A DNA stretch of 64,000 bases from Candidatus Eiseniibacteriota bacterium (GCA_044223005.1 JBGAML010000004.1:128001-192000); one strand, 5' to 3'; shown: positions 38,712 through 50,158, counted from the first letter of the stretch. Translations and numbers: made by a program. The notes: a model not told the origin generated them from the sequence alone.

Positions 38712-40043
38712 CTAGAAGGGGTGCCGGAGTCCGATCGTGACGACCACTCGGCCGTCGGGGTCGTGGAGGTCGCGCGCCGCGGTCACGCGCAGGTCGTCGT
38801 CGGGCGTCGCGAGGCCGATGCCGCCGTCGAGCGCGAACCGCTGCGCCGACAGTTCGCCGCCGGTGGCGCGGTTCCACGCCGTGCCGGAGTCGACGAACGC
38901 GAGCAGGCGCGGCCCGCCCGGCAGCACGCGGCCACCGAGCCCGTGCAGTTGCACGCTGTACTCGAGCTGCGCCAGCGCGAGCTGGTCGCCCTCGCGCGAG
39001 TCGAACGGGTGCGCGCGCAGGCCGTCGACGCCGCCGAGCGTGAAGCGCCGCTGCGCCGGCAGCGTCCCGTGCAGCGTCGAGCCGCCGGCGGCGCGCACGG
39101 CGAGCGACGTCGCGGGCGAGAGCCGCACCACGCTGCGCACGTCGGCGAGCACGCGCGCGTAGTCGAAGTCGCCGCCGAGGCCGCCGCCCGCGGACTCGAG
39201 CTCGATCCAGTGGTAGAGCCCGCCGCGCTTCTGGGGCGAGGTGTGCGCGAGCCGCTCGAGCCGCACGATCACGCGCCGTGCGTCGCCGTCGTCGATCGCG
39301 GGGTTGGCGCGCAGCGGCCGATCGAGCCGGAACCAGCTCTTCACGTGCGGGCTGGCGACCAGCGAGCGGTAGCGGTCCGCGCGCAGGTGCACGCTCACGG
39401 TCGAGAAGTCGGGCACCCGCCAGGCCAGGTAGCCGCCGCCGCCTTCGCGCTCGAAGTAGTCGCGCCAGTCCTCGTGCGCGAGCAGCAGGAGCAGCGAGTT
39501 CTCGGCGTCGTCGTGCTGCTGCAGGTCGCCGTGGTCCGTGCGCCGCGAGTAGTCGATGCCGGCGACGAAGCGCGCGGTCGGCAGGAGCGGCTGCTCGAAC
39601 TGGGCGCCGAACAGCACGCGCCGCCGCCCGGTCGCGTACTCGAGCCGCGCCGCGGCCCGCGGCAGCATGGTCTCGGGCCGCTGCACCTGCAGCCACGCGC
39701 CGTAGCGCACGAGGTCGACGCGGTCGTAGTCGAGCAGCAGGTCGCCGTGCAGGCCGCCGTTCGGGAAGCGCGCGCGCCACGGGTCGGGGTGCATGAGCAG
39801 CGCGTCGCCGTAGGGCGCCCGGCGCCACGTCGCGTCCTCGGCGGGCAGCGCGCGCAGCAGCGACGACTCGTTGATCGCCGGCTGCAGCGGCGTGAAGCGC
39901 ATGGTGTCGCCGACCGTGCCCCGTGCGGGTACGGGGTCGGCGGCCCGTGCGGCCGGTGCGGCGGTGAGGCATGCCAAGAGCGCGAGCGCCGCCAGGGCGC
40001 CCGCGCGGACGGCCCCGGGGCGGGGGGACGTGAGGCGGTTCAT
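38712..40043 (-). CDS. BamA/TamA-like outer-membrane barrel protein
   Basis: Signal peptide; FTLGGVDGLRA motif, FVDSGTAW, terminal Phe. Confidence 0.75.
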   Translation of the reverse strand: MNRLTSPRPGAVRAGALAALALLACLTAAPAARAADPVPARGTVGDTMRFTPLQPAINESSLLRALPAEDATWRRAPYGDALLMHPDPWRARFPNGGLHGDLLLDYDRVDLVRYGAWLQVQRPETMLPRAAARLEYATGRRRVLFGAQFEQPLLPTARFVAGIDYSRRTDHGDLQQHDDAENSLLLLLAHEDWRDYFEREGGGGYLAWRVPDFSTVSVHLRADRYRSLVASPHVKSWFRLDRPLRANPAIDDGDARRVIVRLERLAHTSPQKRGGLYHWIELESAGGGLGGDFDYARVLADVRSVVRLSPATSLAVRAAGGSTLHGTLPAQRRFTLGGVDGLRAHPFDSREGDQLALAQLEYSVQLHGLGGRVLPGGPRLLAFVDSGTAWNRATGGELSAQRFALDGGIGLATPDDDLRVTAARDLHDPDGRVVVTIGLRHPF

Positions 40044-40202
40044 CGGACCTCCGTGGAAAGGTCGGGTGCACCGGTGGCGCACGCAACGCGCGTGCCCGCG
40101 CGCGCGCGTGGCGCGGCCGCGCAAGCGCCTGCGCCGCAACGCCGGGGCGCGCGCGCCGCGGGCGCGTGCGTGGCGGGTCCGCCACACCCCGAGGCGGCGC
40201 GG

Positions 40203-41576
40203 TCAGCCACGGCGCGAGATCCCGTACTTGCGCATCTTGCGGTGCAGGTTCGTGCGGTCGATCCCGAGCCCGGCGGCGGCCTGAGTGACGTTCCAGTCCG
40301 CGGCGTCGAGCGCGCGGCGGATGTTCTCGATCTCGCTCCGCGCCAGCCGGCCCTTGAGCCCCGCGTCGTCGCTCTCGTCGGGCTGCGATTCGAGCCACGG
40401 CAGCAGGTCGGCGGCCTCGATCGTGCCGTCGTCCACCAGCACGACGGCACGTTCCATCAGGTTCCGCAGCTCGCGCACGTTCCCGGGCCAGTGGTAGTCC
40501 TCGAGCAGCTGGCGCGCGTCGTCGCCGAGCTTCGGGCACGGCCTCTCCTCGGCGGCGGCGAAGAGCGCGAGGAAGTGCGACGCCAGCCGTGCGATGTCGG
40601 TGCGGCGCTCGCGCAGCGGCGGTACGACGATCGGCAGCACGTTGAGGCGGAAGTAGAGGTCCTCGCGGAAATCGCCCGCCTTCACCGCCTCGGAGAGGTC
40701 CTTGTTGGTCGCGGCGATCAGCCGCACGTCGACGCGCGCCGTGCGCGTGCCGCCGACGCGCTCGAGCTCGCCGGTCTCGATCGCGCGCAGCAGCTTGGCC
40801 TGCGCCTCCAGCGCCAGGTCGCCGATCTCGTCGAGGAAGAGCGTGCCGCCGTCGGCCATCTCGAGCCGGCCCTTCTTGCTCTGCACGGCGCCCGTGAACG
40901 CGCCACGCTCGTGGCCGAACAGCTCGCTCTCGAGCAGGTCCTTGGGGATCGCGGCGCAGTTGAGCTTCACGAACGGGCCGTTCGCGCGCTTGGAGAGCGC
41001 GTGCAGCGCGAGCGCGACGAGTTCCTTGCCGGCGCCGTTCTCGCCCGTGATCAGCACGCGTCCCGACGACGGCGCGATGCGGCGGACCTGCTCGCGCAAG
41101 CGCTCGATCGCGGGGCTCTCGCCGACGATCCCGAGCGAACCGTCCGCGGCGGCGGGCGGCGCCGGTGCGGCCGCGGCCGCGGGCCGGCGGCGCAGGCGGG
41201 TGACGCGCACGGCCTCGGCGATGATGTCGAGCAGCGCCTCGGGATCGCGGATCGGCTTCTCGACGAAGTCGAACGCGCCCCGCTGGCCGGCGCGCACGGC
41301 GTTCTCGACGGTGCCCTCGCCCGAGACCACGATCACCGCGGTGTCGGGCGCCTGCTCGCGGATCCGCACGAGCGCGTCGAGCCCGTGCTCGCCCGGCATG
41401 CGCAGGTCGAGCAGCACGCAGTCGGGGCGCTGGCGCTCGATCGCCGGGTAGGCGTCGGCGGCCGTGGGCGCCTCGGCGACGGCGTGCCCTTCGTCCTCGA
41501 GCAGGCCGCGCAGCTGGCGGCGGATGGCGGCGTCGTCGTCCACGACGAGCAGTTGGAAGCGGTCGCGTTCGGCCAT
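40203..41576 (-). CDS. Sigma54-dependent response regulator (NtrX/NtrC family)
   Basis: Receiver domain; [31 protein letters not shown], Fis HTH. Confidence 0.95.
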   Translation of the reverse strand: MAERDRFQLLVVDDDAAIRRQLRGLLEDEGHAVAEAPTAADAYPAIERQRPDCVLLDLRMPGEHGLDALVRIREQAPDTAVIVVSGEGTVENAVRAGQRGAFDFVEKPIRDPEALLDIIAEAVRVTRLRRRPAAAAAPAPPAAADGSLGIVGESPAIERLREQVRRIAPSSGRVLITGENGAGKELVALALHALSKRANGPFVKLNCAAIPKDLLESELFGHERGAFTGAVQSKKGRLEMADGGTLFLDEIGDLALEAQAKLLRAIETGELERVGGTRTARVDVRLIAATNKDLSEAVKAGDFREDLYFRLNVLPIVVPPLRERRTDIARLASHFLALFAAAEERPCPKLGDDARQLLEDYHWPGNVRELRNLMERAVVLVDDGTIEAADLLPWLESQPDESDDAGLKGRLARSEIENIRRALDAADWNVTQAAAGLGIDRTNLHRKMRKYGISRRG

Positions 41577-41599
41577 GGGCGGCGGGGCTCCTCGGGTTC

Positions 41600-43099
41600 T
41601 CAGTGGGCGAGCGGCAGTACGAGGCGCGCGATCGCGCCTCCACCATCGCGGTTCTCGAGCGTGGCGCGGCCCCCGTGCTGTGTGGCGATGTCGCGCACGA
41701 GCGAGAGCCCGAGGCCGCTGCCGCGGTTCTTGCTGCTGACGTACGGTTCGAACGCCTTGCCGGCCACGTCGGGGGCGAGCCCGGGGCCGCGGTCGAGCAC
41801 TTCGGCCCAGGCCTCGCCGCCGCCCGCACCGGTGCGGATCTCGATGTCGGCGCCGGCGGGGCTGGCCTCGCACGCGTTGAGCACGAGGTTATGCAGCGCC
41901 CGCGACAGGAGCAACCGGTCGGCCTCCACCGGGGCCGGCGCCGTCGCGCTGAGCACGAGGCGCGCGTGCTCGGGCTCGTGCAGCGCGGCCACCGCGCGCA
42001 CCAGCTCGCCCAGGTCGAAGCGCTCGCGCTGCGGCTCGGGCAGGCGGGCGTACTGCGAGAAGCGCTCGGCGAGGCGGGTCAGGTGCTCCACCTCCTGCAG
42101 CAGTGCCTCGAGGCTGTCGCGCACGGCGGCACGCTCGGAGTCCGGGACCGCGTCCACGCGGCGCTGCAGCCGGTGCAGCGACAGCCGCATGGGCGTGAGC
42201 GGGTTCTTGATCTCGTGCGCGAGCCGCCGCGCCACGTCGCGCCACGCGGCTTCGCGTTCGGCGGCTGCCAGCGCGTCGCGGGCCGCGGCGACGCGCTCGG
42301 CCATGGTGTTGAACGAGGCGGCGAGCGAGCGCATCTCTCTCGCCCCATGCTCGGGCACGCGCGTCTCGAGATCGCCCTCGGCCACGCGCGCGAACGCGTC
42401 GCCCAGGGTGGCGAGCGGCCGCGTCATCTCCGCGGCGAGCGTGCGCGCGAGCAGGAACGCGCCCGCGGCCACGGCCAGCACGAGCGATACGACGAGCAGC
42501 CACACGTAGCGCCGCTGCACGTCGACCAGTACGGCGATGCGGCCGTAGAGCTCGCGCGCGTGGCCGATGTCCTCGATCCGCGCGAAGAAGTCGGGCGTGA
42601 GCCGCACGCCGGTCACGAACACCTCGCCGCCCGGCGCGCGCGCGACGCCGGCCAGCACGCCGCTGCGCGAGCGCAGCAGCCGGTCCCCGGCGAGCGCCGC
42701 CGACAGCTCGGGGCCGAACTCGAGCGAGTCCGCCGCGAGCGTGCCCGCGGGCACGACCTGCTCGGCGAGCACCCAGTGGTCGCTCTCGGGCGCGTACACC
42801 TGCGCGAAGTCGAGCCCGGTCGCGCGCAGGCCCTCGCGCAGCGCGGCGCGGCGCGCGGCGTCGATCGGCAGGAACATCGCCGCGCCCCAGTCGTCGGCGC
42901 GCTCGAGCACGTTGGACTCGACGCGTGTCAGCGCGGTGCGGCTCACCTCGACGCCGGATTCGAGCGCGCGGTCCACCACCGGCAGGTACCAGCGATCGGT
43001 GGCGCGGCCCAGCGTCACGAGCGTGAAGACCGCGAACACGAGCGTCGGCAGGAGGGCCAGCGACAGCAGCGCGATCAGCAGGCGCGCTCGAAGGGTCAC
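41600..43099 (-). CDS. HAMP sensor histidine kinase (NtrY-like)
   Basis: Two TM helices, HAMP, AHEIKNPLTP, GSGLGL. Confidence 0.93.
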   Translation of the reverse strand: MTLRARLLIALLSLALLPTLVFAVFTLVTLGRATDRWYLPVVDRALESGVEVSRTALTRVESNVLERADDWGAAMFLPIDAARRAALREGLRATGLDFAQVYAPESDHWVLAEQVVPAGTLAADSLEFGPELSAALAGDRLLRSRSGVLAGVARAPGGEVFVTGVRLTPDFFARIEDIGHARELYGRIAVLVDVQRRYVWLLVVSLVLAVAAGAFLLARTLAAEMTRPLATLGDAFARVAEGDLETRVPEHGAREMRSLAASFNTMAERVAAARDALAAAEREAAWRDVARRLAHEIKNPLTPMRLSLHRLQRRVDAVPDSERAAVRDSLEALLQEVEHLTRLAERFSQYARLPEPQRERFDLGELVRAVAALHEPEHARLVLSATAPAPVEADRLLLSRALHNLVLNACEASPAGADIEIRTGAGGGEAWAEVLDRGPGLAPDVAGKAFEPYVSSKNRGSGLGLSLVRDIATQHGGRATLENRDGGGAIARLVLPLAH

Positions 43100-43115
43100 G
43101 CGTGTCCTCCCCGCA

Positions 43116-44183
43116 TCAACGGTCCGGCGACAACCCTCCGAGCTGGCCGCACGCCGCCCAGATCTCGCCACCCATCGTGTTGCGGATGGTCACCGCGGGC
43201 GCCTGCGGCATCAGTCGCGCCGCGAACGCCTCCACGGCTTCGGGCGTCGGCCGCTTCCAGGGCAGTCCGGGAACGGGATTGTACGGAATCAGGTTCACCT
43301 TGCTCGGCAGCCGGCGCGCGAACGCCGCGAGCCGGTCGGCGTCGTCGGGCCCGTCGTTCACGCCGCCGAGCAGCGTGTACTCCAGCGTGACGCGGCGGCC
43401 GACCGTCTGGCCGTACTCGTGCGCGGCGTCGAGCAGTTCGGCCAGCTTCCAGCGCTTGTTGACCGGCATGAGCTCCGTGCGCAACTCGTCGGTCGTCGCG
43501 TGCAGCGACACCGCGAGGCCCACCTGCAGGCCGAGCTTCGCGAGTTCGCGGATCTGCGGCACGAGGCCGGACGTCGACACGGTGATCCGGCGGGCGCCGA
43601 GGTTCAGGCCGCGCTCGTCGTGCAGGATCCGGATCGCCTCGCAGACGTTCTCGAGGTTCGCGAGCGGTTCGCCCATGCCCATGAAGACGATGTTGAAGCG
43701 ATCGTCGCCCCAGCCGAGCGTGTCGCCCATCGTCACCACCTGCGCGACGATCTCGTCCGCGCGCAGGTTGCGCTGCAGGCCCATGAGCCCGGTGGCGCAG
43801 AAGCGGCACATGAGCGCGCAGCCCACCTGGCTCGAGACGCACAGCGTCGTGCGCTTCGGCGTGCTCATCGAGACGCTCTCGACGCGGGCGCCGTCCGCGA
43901 GCGCGAGCACGAACTTGTGCGTCGTGCCGTCGCTGCTGCGGAGGATCCGCGCGTCGGGCAGGTCGAGCCGGCAGACGGCATCGAGTCCTTCGCGCAGCGC
44001 CGCGGGCAGGTTGAGCATCGCGGCCGCGTCGCGCTCGTGCTTCTGGTAGATCCACGCGAAGAGCTGGTCGGCCCGGTAGCCGGGCACGCCGAGTCCCGCC
44101 AGCCGTTCGGCCAGCCGCTCGCGGCTCAGACCGAAGAAACTGGGGGCGGCAGCGGCCGGGGAGGGCGACGGCAGGTGGCTCAT
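43116..44183 (-). CDS. rlmN: 23S rRNA/tRNA m2A methyltransferase RlmN
   Basis: CVSSQVGCALMCRFC, FMGMGEP, AACGQL. Confidence 0.96.
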   Translation of the reverse strand: MSHLPSPSPAAAAPSFFGLSRERLAERLAGLGVPGYRADQLFAWIYQKHERDAAAMLNLPAALREGLDAVCRLDLPDARILRSSDGTTHKFVLALADGARVESVSMSTPKRTTLCVSSQVGCALMCRFCATGLMGLQRNLRADEIVAQVVTMGDTLGWGDDRFNIVFMGMGEPLANLENVCEAIRILHDERGLNLGARRITVSTSGLVPQIRELAKLGLQVGLAVSLHATTDELRTELMPVNKRWKLAELLDAAHEYGQTVGRRVTLEYTLLGGVNDGPDDADRLAAFARRLPSKVNLIPYNPVPGLPWKRPTPEAVEAFAARLMPQAPAVTIRNTMGGEIWAACGQLGGLSPDR

Positions 44184-44280
44184 GCGTGCTCGCGAGGGTG
44201 GGAGGAAGGACCGCCCCGGAACACTAGCAAGGTGCCGGAGTTGAGGTCAACGAACGGGCTATGATATGCATGCGCGTGCA

Positions 44281-44817
44281 ATGAACTCCGCCACGCTCCA
44301 GCTGCAGCGCCTGCTCGCGGTCCTGGGCGATCCGTCGCGCTTCCGGATCGTGCTCGAGCTCGCGGTGCGCGAGCGCCACGTCAGCGAGCTCGCCGACGCG
44401 GTCGGGTTGTCGCAGTCGTGTACCACCCGCCACCTGCAGGCGCTTGAGCGCGCCGGCGCCGTGCACGCGCGCCGCGCCGGCAAGCGCGTCATGGCCGCGC
44501 TCGCGCTGGAGCAGGACGCGGTCGCTCGCGTGCTCGGCCTGGTGCGCGACGCCGCGGGCCTCGACGCCTACGCCGGGGCCGCGGGGCCCGGCCACGTCGC
44601 GCCGCCGGGTCCGGGCGCCCGCGCCGTCGCGCGGCGCGGCCGCGGCACGCATCCGGCGCGCCGCGGCGGCCCGGAGCGGACGGCCGCGCGACGCCCCACG
44701 CAAGTTCGCACTCCCGCGTCCCGGGGAGCATCTGGTACACCTGCGGCCCCGGCTCCCGTTCCGCCGCCCCCCGCGCCGACTCGGCCCCGGTCCGATCTCG
44801 ACGATTTCCTGCTGTGA
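44281..44817 (+). CDS. ArsR-family regulator with low-complexity tail
   Basis: LGDPSRFRIV...VSELADAVGLSQSCTTRHLQAL. Confidence 0.8.
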   Translation: MNSATLQLQRLLAVLGDPSRFRIVLELAVRERHVSELADAVGLSQSCTTRHLQALERAGAVHARRAGKRVMAALALEQDAVARVLGLVRDAAGLDAYAGAAGPGHVAPPGPGARAVARRGRGTHPARRGGPERTAARRPTQVRTPASRGASGTPAAPAPVPPPPAPTRPRSDLDDFLL

Positions 44818-44847
44818 ACGAGGCCCGCCTCCCTGGAATCCTGAACT

Positions 44848-45810
44848 ATGCGCGTCGCTGCAATTGATATCGGATCCAACTCGGTCCGCCTGCTCGTCGC
44901 CGACGTGCCCGAGGGGCAGGTCTGGGCCGGGCGGGCGGAGACCATCGCGCGGGCGGGCGAGGTCTGCCGGCTGGGCCGCGGGCTGCACGAGACCGGACGC
45001 ATCGCCGAGGACCTGATCGAGCGCGCGGCCGACATCTCGCGCGAGTTCGCGCGCCGCGCGCGTTCGCTCGGCGCCGTGCACGTGGTCGCGGCGGCGACCG
45101 CCGCGCTGCGCAGCGCCGCCAACGGAGCCGAGGTCTCGCAGCGCATCTCCGAGCGTGCCGGCGTGCCCGTGCGGGTGCTGAGCGGCGAGGAGGAGGCGCA
45201 GCTCGTCTACCGCTCCGTCGTGCTGGGCCTGGGACCGCGCGCGCGCTCGAGCCAGTGCGTGGTGTTCGACCTCGGCGGCGGCAGCACCGAAGTCGTCAGC
45301 GGCGTCGGCGTGCAGCCCGGGCGCTGGAACAGCATCGGCTTCGGCGCCGTGAGCCTGACCGAGCGCCTGCTGCCCGGCGATCCGCCGGACGAGGCGACGC
45401 TCGTCGCAGCCCGGGAGCGGATCGCCGAGGAACTCATGCATGGCTGTGCATCCATGCCCGAGCGCGCCACGCTGCTCGCGGGCGTCGGCGGCACGGTGAC
45501 CGTGATGGCCTCGATCGACCGCGAGTTGTCGGAATACGACCCGGCGGCGCTCGAAGGCTGGTGGATCGACCGCGAGAAGGCGCTCGCGATGGCCGAGCGG
45601 ATCGTCCGCATGACCCACGCCGAGCGGCGCACCCTGCCCATCATGGGCGAGGGCCGGGCCGACATCATCGGCGCCGGGGTGCTGGTCGTCGAGGCGCTCA
45701 TGCGCCGGTTCGACGCCCCGGGCCTGGTCTGCTCGACCCAGGGCCTGCGCTACGGCCTGGCCCGGCTCGCCGCGGAAGAATGGTCGGGAGACGCCCCGAA
45801 AAGCCGTTGA
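44848..45810 (+). CDS. ppx: Ppx/GppA phosphatase family protein
   Basis: AAIDIGSNSVRLL, SGEEEA, DLGGGSTE, GLRYG. Confidence 0.93.
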   Translation: MRVAAIDIGSNSVRLLVADVPEGQVWAGRAETIARAGEVCRLGRGLHETGRIAEDLIERAADISREFARRARSLGAVHVVAAATAALRSAANGAEVSQRISERAGVPVRVLSGEEEAQLVYRSVVLGLGPRARSSQCVVFDLGGGSTEVVSGVGVQPGRWNSIGFGAVSLTERLLPGDPPDEATLVAARERIAEELMHGCASMPERATLLAGVGGTVTVMASIDRELSEYDPAALEGWWIDREKALAMAERIVRMTHAERRTLPIMGEGRADIIGAGVLVVEALMRRFDAPGLVCSTQGLRYGLARLAAEEWSGDAPKSR

Positions 45811-45949
45811 CGGTTTCTTTGCAGGCGGCGGATACTTTCGACGGCACTCGGCAGGTCCCCTCTCAAACTTCTTTGCTGGCTCGTTCCGGGGTTCTCCACC
45901 CGGAGGCAACCGCTTTCCACGATTCCAGCGCGGAGGGAGTAGCGGCGCG

Positions 45950-46276
45950 ATGAACATGCTTCGAGGCAAGGTCCTCGTCACCACGGTGCTGGTCGCGATG
46001 CTGGTCGGCGCGATCGGTGTCGGTGTCGCGCGTGCCGATTTCGCGACGGGCCGCACAGGCGGCAAGTCCGACGGCACGACCCCGCGACCCGGCATGACCA
46101 CGTACGCCGGCGAACCGGACGCCAGCAGTCACGGGCCGATGCCCAACAACAAGTCGACGTCGGGCTTGGGGTCGGGAACGTCCGCCACGTGGCTGGTCCA
46201 GCTCTGGTACCGGTGGTGGCTGAGCTCGCACCCGTCGGCACCGCAACATCCGGGAGGTCACGGGAGCAGGCCCTGA
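45950..46276 (+). CDS. Small secreted protein or propeptide
   Basis: GGAG RBS; signal peptide ending ARA; low-complexity mature region with AGEPD and a Trp-rich segment. Confidence 0.65.
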   Translation: MNMLRGKVLVTTVLVAMLVGAIGVGVARADFATGRTGGKSDGTTPRPGMTTYAGEPDASSHGPMPNNKSTSGLGSGTSATWLVQLWYRWWLSSHPSAPQHPGGHGSRP

Positions 46277-46317
46277 TCGGTACTGCTCCGTAGCGCGCGC
46301 ATTCACTCGATGATCAA

Positions 46318-49300
46318 GTGCGGGTGCCCTGGCTCGTGGGGCGCCACACCAACCGGGTCCGTGATTCGTCGAGGGTTCAAATCGTGCAGAGAGCCATCCC
46401 CCCCGATCGGGGTTCGAAGCCGGACGCTTCCGAACGCGAAGCGAGCCGCTCCGAATCCGTCGGTGACCTTCATCTCGCCGCGGACAACTTCGCAGGTGCC
46501 ATCGAGGCCTACGGCCTGGCGCTCGCGGAGCTCGGTCCCGACGATGCTCCGGTCCGCTTCCGGCTGCTGCTGAAGCTCGCGCAGGCCGAGGTGCAGCGGG
46601 GCTCGTTCGAGGCGGCGACGATCGCCGTCCGGCGTGCGCGCGCCGTCTCGCGCGTGCTCGGGGATCCGCGCGCGGCGGCACGCGTCGCGCACCGCCTCGC
46701 CGAGATCGCGTTCGACCAGGGCCACTACCGGCGGGCGCTCCGCTATTCGCAGTTCGCCTACGGCGTGCTGCGCAACAGCGCCGAGCACCGCGCGGTCGGG
46801 CACGTCGCCGTCATGCTCGGCGTGTCGATGACGCGCCTCGGCGAGCCGCAGGCGGCGATCGAGTGGCTGCAGACCGCGGCCGCGACCTTCCGCCGGATCG
46901 ACGACGCCGACGGGTTGGTGAACGCGCTCAACAACCTCGGGCTGGTCTACAAGAACCTGCGCGAGTGGCGCGAGGCCGTGCGCTTCCTCGAGCAGGCCCT
47001 CGGCATCGACGAGAAGAAGGGGCTCTACGCGCGCATGCGCGCGCACCACCAGAATCTCGGCCTGATCCGCTACCGGCTCGGGCAATGGGACCTCGCCGAC
47101 GAGCACTTCCGTCACTCGCTGCGCATCTCGCGCGACCTGCGCTTCCCGACCGGCGAAGCGCAGGCGCTGCTCGCGATGGGCATGCTCGCCCGCCGTCGCC
47201 GCCAGCTCGAGAAGGCGCACGAGCACGAGCTCCAGGCGCTGGCGCTGGCCGAGCGCGCGGGTGCCGCGCGCGAGGCGCTGCTGGCGCGCGAGTTCCTCGC
47301 CGAGCTCGAGATCGACCACGGGCGCGGCGCCGCCGCGCTGCAGCTGCTCGAGCCCGCGCTGGAGGACGCGCTCGCACGCGCGCCGCAGGGCGACCTCGTG
47401 ATGGAGCTGCAGATCCGCATGTCGCTCGCGCTGCAGCTCGCCGGGCGTCCCGACGAGGCGCAGGGCTTCGCGCTCAAGGGGCTCATGCACGCCGAACGCC
47501 TGGGCGACCGGGTCGAGTACGGCGTGGCGCTGCGTGCGCTGGCGCGCCTGGACGCGTCGCGCGGCCACGCGTCGGCGATGGAATCGCGCCTGCGCGAGGC
47601 GTCGCAGGCGTTCGAGTCGCTGGGCGAGTCGTACGAGCTCGCGACCACGCTCGCGCACTGGGGCGAGTGCCTGCTGCTGTTGCCGGCGAGCACGCGCCTG
47701 CGGCTGCCGCTGGAGCCGGTCGTCGACGCTTCGCGGCGCGCCGCGGCGCTCTACCGCCAGCTGGGCGTGGTCTCGCAGGCGGCCGAATCGCTGCTGACGC
47801 TCGCGCGGCTCGAGTCCGAGCGCGAGCACTACGACCAGGCGCTCTCGCTGCTGGAGCAGGCGGAGCAGTGGCTCGCCGAGAGCGGCGACGCCGGCACCGC
47901 GGAGCGTGCCGAGGCGCTGCGCCGCGACATCGAGCGCCAGTACGTCGCGGTCTCGCTCTCGACCTGCAACGAGTTCCGCGCGCTCGAAGAAGCGAACCGC
48001 CTGTTCCGCGAGACCGCGGACATGGACGGCCTGCTGTCCTCGATCGTGAAGCTCGCCGTGGACCACGCGGGCGGCGATCGCGGCTTCGTCGCGTTCTGCT
48101 CGGGCGGCTCGCGGCTCGACGTGGTGGCGCAGCACGGCCTCGGCCGTGACCGCGCGCGCCGCGTGCTGCGCGTGCTCGAGGGCGTCGCGGGAACGCGCTT
48201 CGCCGAGAACGGCCCCATGTTCTCCAGCCGCGTCGCCGCGGATCCGCGCTTCGCGGAGGCGCTGACCGACGCGCTCGAGGGCGTGGGCTCGCTGGTCTGC
48301 GTGCCGCTCAACTTCCCGTCGCAGTCGGTCGGGCTCGTCTACGTCGATCGCCTCAACGACAACCTGCTCGGCGCGTTCAAGCAGCGCGAGCTGAACCTGC
48401 TCGCGGTGCTCGCCAACAGCGCCGCGGTCGCGATCGTCGAAGCGCAGCGCTCGCTGCTGCTGGCCGAGAACCAGCAGTTGCGCGACCAGCTCCGCCCGAG
48501 CCCGGGCTCCGGCCGCGTGGTGTCGCAGTCGCGCGAGATCGCCGCGATCCTGCAGCTCGTGCGCAAGGTCGGCGAAAGCAACGCGACGATCCTGTTCATG
48601 GGCGAGACGGGCACGGGCAAGGGCCTGTTCGCTCAGGTCGTGCACGAGAGCTCGACGCGCCGCGATCGTCCGTTCGTGCAGGTGAACTGCGCCGCGCTGC
48701 CCGAGCCGCTGCTCGAGAGCGAGCTGTTCGGCTACGTGCAGGGCGCGTTCACGGGCGCGAACCGCGACAAGGCCGGCCTGTTCGAGGAGGCCGAGGGCGG
48801 CACGATCTTCCTCGACGAGATCGAGAAGATCCCCGAGGCGGTGCAGGCCAAGCTCCTGCACGTGCTCGACCGCGGCGAGATCCGGCCCGTCGGCGCGACG
48901 CGCGTGCGCAAGGTGAACGCGCGCGTGATCTGCGCGACCAGCGCGGACCTGCGCGAGCGCATCCGCGCCGGGCGGTTCCTCGAGGACCTCTACTACCGGC
49001 TCAACGACATCACGGTGCGCGTGCCCTCGCTGCGCGAGCGGCGCGAGGATATACCGATGCTCGCGCAGCACTTCCTGGCGCTCTACTCGCGCCAGATGGA
49101 GAAGGCCGTCGGCGGCTTCGCGCCCGAGGTGATGCGCGTGTTCCTCGAGCACGAGTGGCGCGGCAACGTGCGCGAGCTCGAGAAGACGGTGAAGCGCATG
49201 GTGGTGCTCGCCGACGACGGTGCGACGCTCGGCCTCGAACTGCTCCCGGCCGAGATGCGCGAGCCGGCCGAGCCGGCGTCGGCGCCCGTGGTCGCGCCCG

Positions 49301-49488
49301 GCCCCGCGGGCGGACGCGCGCGGTCGCTGCGCAGCAGCCTCTCGGATCTCGAGCGGCAGCTGATCGCCGACGCGCTGCGCCGGCATCGCGGCAACAAGGC
49401 GCGCGTGGCGCGCGAGTTGGGCCTGAGCTACCCGACGCTGCTCGGCCGCGTGAAAGCGTACGACCTGGAAACCCAGCGAGGCGGGTGA
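46318..49488 (+). CDS. TPR-GAF-AAA+-HTH sigma54 enhancer-binding protein
   Basis: Multiple TPRs, GAF (SLVCVPL..GLVYVD), [16 protein letters not shown]; start uncertain. Confidence 0.92.
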   Translation: MRVPWLVGRHTNRVRDSSRVQIVQRAIPPDRGSKPDASEREASRSESVGDLHLAADNFAGAIEAYGLALAELGPDDAPVRFRLLLKLAQAEVQRGSFEAATIAVRRARAVSRVLGDPRAAARVAHRLAEIAFDQGHYRRALRYSQFAYGVLRNSAEHRAVGHVAVMLGVSMTRLGEPQAAIEWLQTAAATFRRIDDADGLVNALNNLGLVYKNLREWREAVRFLEQALGIDEKKGLYARMRAHHQNLGLIRYRLGQWDLADEHFRHSLRISRDLRFPTGEAQALLAMGMLARRRRQLEKAHEHELQALALAERAGAAREALLAREFLAELEIDHGRGAAALQLLEPALEDALARAPQGDLVMELQIRMSLALQLAGRPDEAQGFALKGLMHAERLGDRVEYGVALRALARLDASRGHASAMESRLREASQAFESLGESYELATTLAHWGECLLLLPASTRLRLPLEPVVDASRRAAALYRQLGVVSQAAESLLTLARLESEREHYDQALSLLEQAEQWLAESGDAGTAERAEALRRDIERQYVAVSLSTCNEFRALEEANRLFRETADMDGLLSSIVKLAVDHAGGDRGFVAFCSGGSRLDVVAQHGLGRDRARRVLRVLEGVAGTRFAENGPMFSSRVAADPRFAEALTDALEGVGSLVCVPLNFPSQSVGLVYVDRLNDNLLGAFKQRELNLLAVLANSAAVAIVEAQRSLLLAENQQLRDQLRPSPGSGRVVSQSREIAAILQLVRKVGESNATILFMGETGTGKGLFAQVVHESSTRRDRPFVQVNCAALPEPLLESELFGYVQGAFTGANRDKAGLFEEAEGGTIFLDEIEKIPEAVQAKLLHVLDRGEIRPVGATRVRKVNARVICATSADLRERIRAGRFLEDLYYRLNDITVRVPSLRERREDIPMLAQHFLALYSRQMEKAVGGFAPEVMRVFLEHEWRGNVRELEKTVKRMVVLADDGATLGLELLPAEMREPAEPASAPVVAPGPAGGRARSLRSSLSDLERQLIADALRRHRGNKARVARELGLSYPTLLGRVKAYDLETQRGG

Positions 49489-49699
49489 CAAAAACAATTT
49501 CACATCGGGTAACGAAACTTTCTTTATAGCCAACTTGGCCTCGCCCAGCGACTTCGCAGGGCGAGGCCAAAGTGTCTCAGGTTCTTTCCCGTTTCCACCC
49601 AGCGCAGCCTTTCGAACGACGAACGAGCGCGACCACGGCCCTGCTCTCTTTTTCAATGACTACAACACGTTATGGGAATGTGCTGGATATTCGTGCATT

Positions 49700-49715
49700 T
49701 GGCACGACAGGTGCA
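49700..49715 (+). promoter_or_regulatory. Sigma54 -24/-12 promoter
   Basis: TGGCACGACAGGTGCA (GG-N10-GC), preceded by an AT-rich region. Confidence 0.7.
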
Positions 49716-49725
49716 CTGTAGCCTG

Positions 49726-50152
49726 GTCGGAGGGGGGGACCTCCAAGCAGGACGTCCGGCAGGACATCGCCGGATGCACTTCTGGGCTAGCCGGATCGTC
49801 GGGGGCGTGGTCGAGGGTACGAGCCCCGTCACACGACAACGCACCATCCCCTGCGACCGGCTAGCTTGGTCGTATCTGCAGCACGCAAGTGTTCCTTCGG
49901 ACGCGGTTGGGGACTACTCGTCGGGCGCCCAGTACGGCCCGGTCAAGGACGTCCAGGCGAGCCCCACCGCGGCCGGGGGTTTCGGGCACCGGCCAGTGCG
50001 CGCCGGCCGAGGCACTGGGGGATGTCGAAGCCGTTGTCGCAAGCTCCGATTGGTCGGTGCCCCGTCGTGGACCCCTGACTGTGGCACGGTTCGCACACCT
50101 GAGTCGCACATGCACCTCGTTCCGCCGCCGGCCCGCTTCCGGCGGCGGTTTC
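49726..50152 (+). ncRNA. Candidate ~420-nt structured ncRNA
   Basis: Between a sigma54 promoter and a terminator; no credible ORF; GGGCTAGCCGG/CCGGCTAGCTT stem; many GGA motifs. Confidence 0.45.
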
Positions 50153-50158
50153 GCGTTT
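50122..50158 (+). terminator. Intrinsic terminator
   Basis: CCGCCGCCGG-CCCGCTT-CCGGCGGCGG followed by TTTCGCGTTT. Confidence 0.65.

Noticed and set aside
38421..42509. Very long alternative-frame or antisense ORFs (also 10148-12838, 46303-49656, 54764-57616)
   Set aside because: Shadow ORFs of real genes in high-GC DNA, with no recognisable motifs.
49726..50152. tmRNA, RNase P or 6S identity for the candidate ncRNA
   Set aside because: No tRNA-like ends or RNase P GAGGAAAGUCC signature seen.
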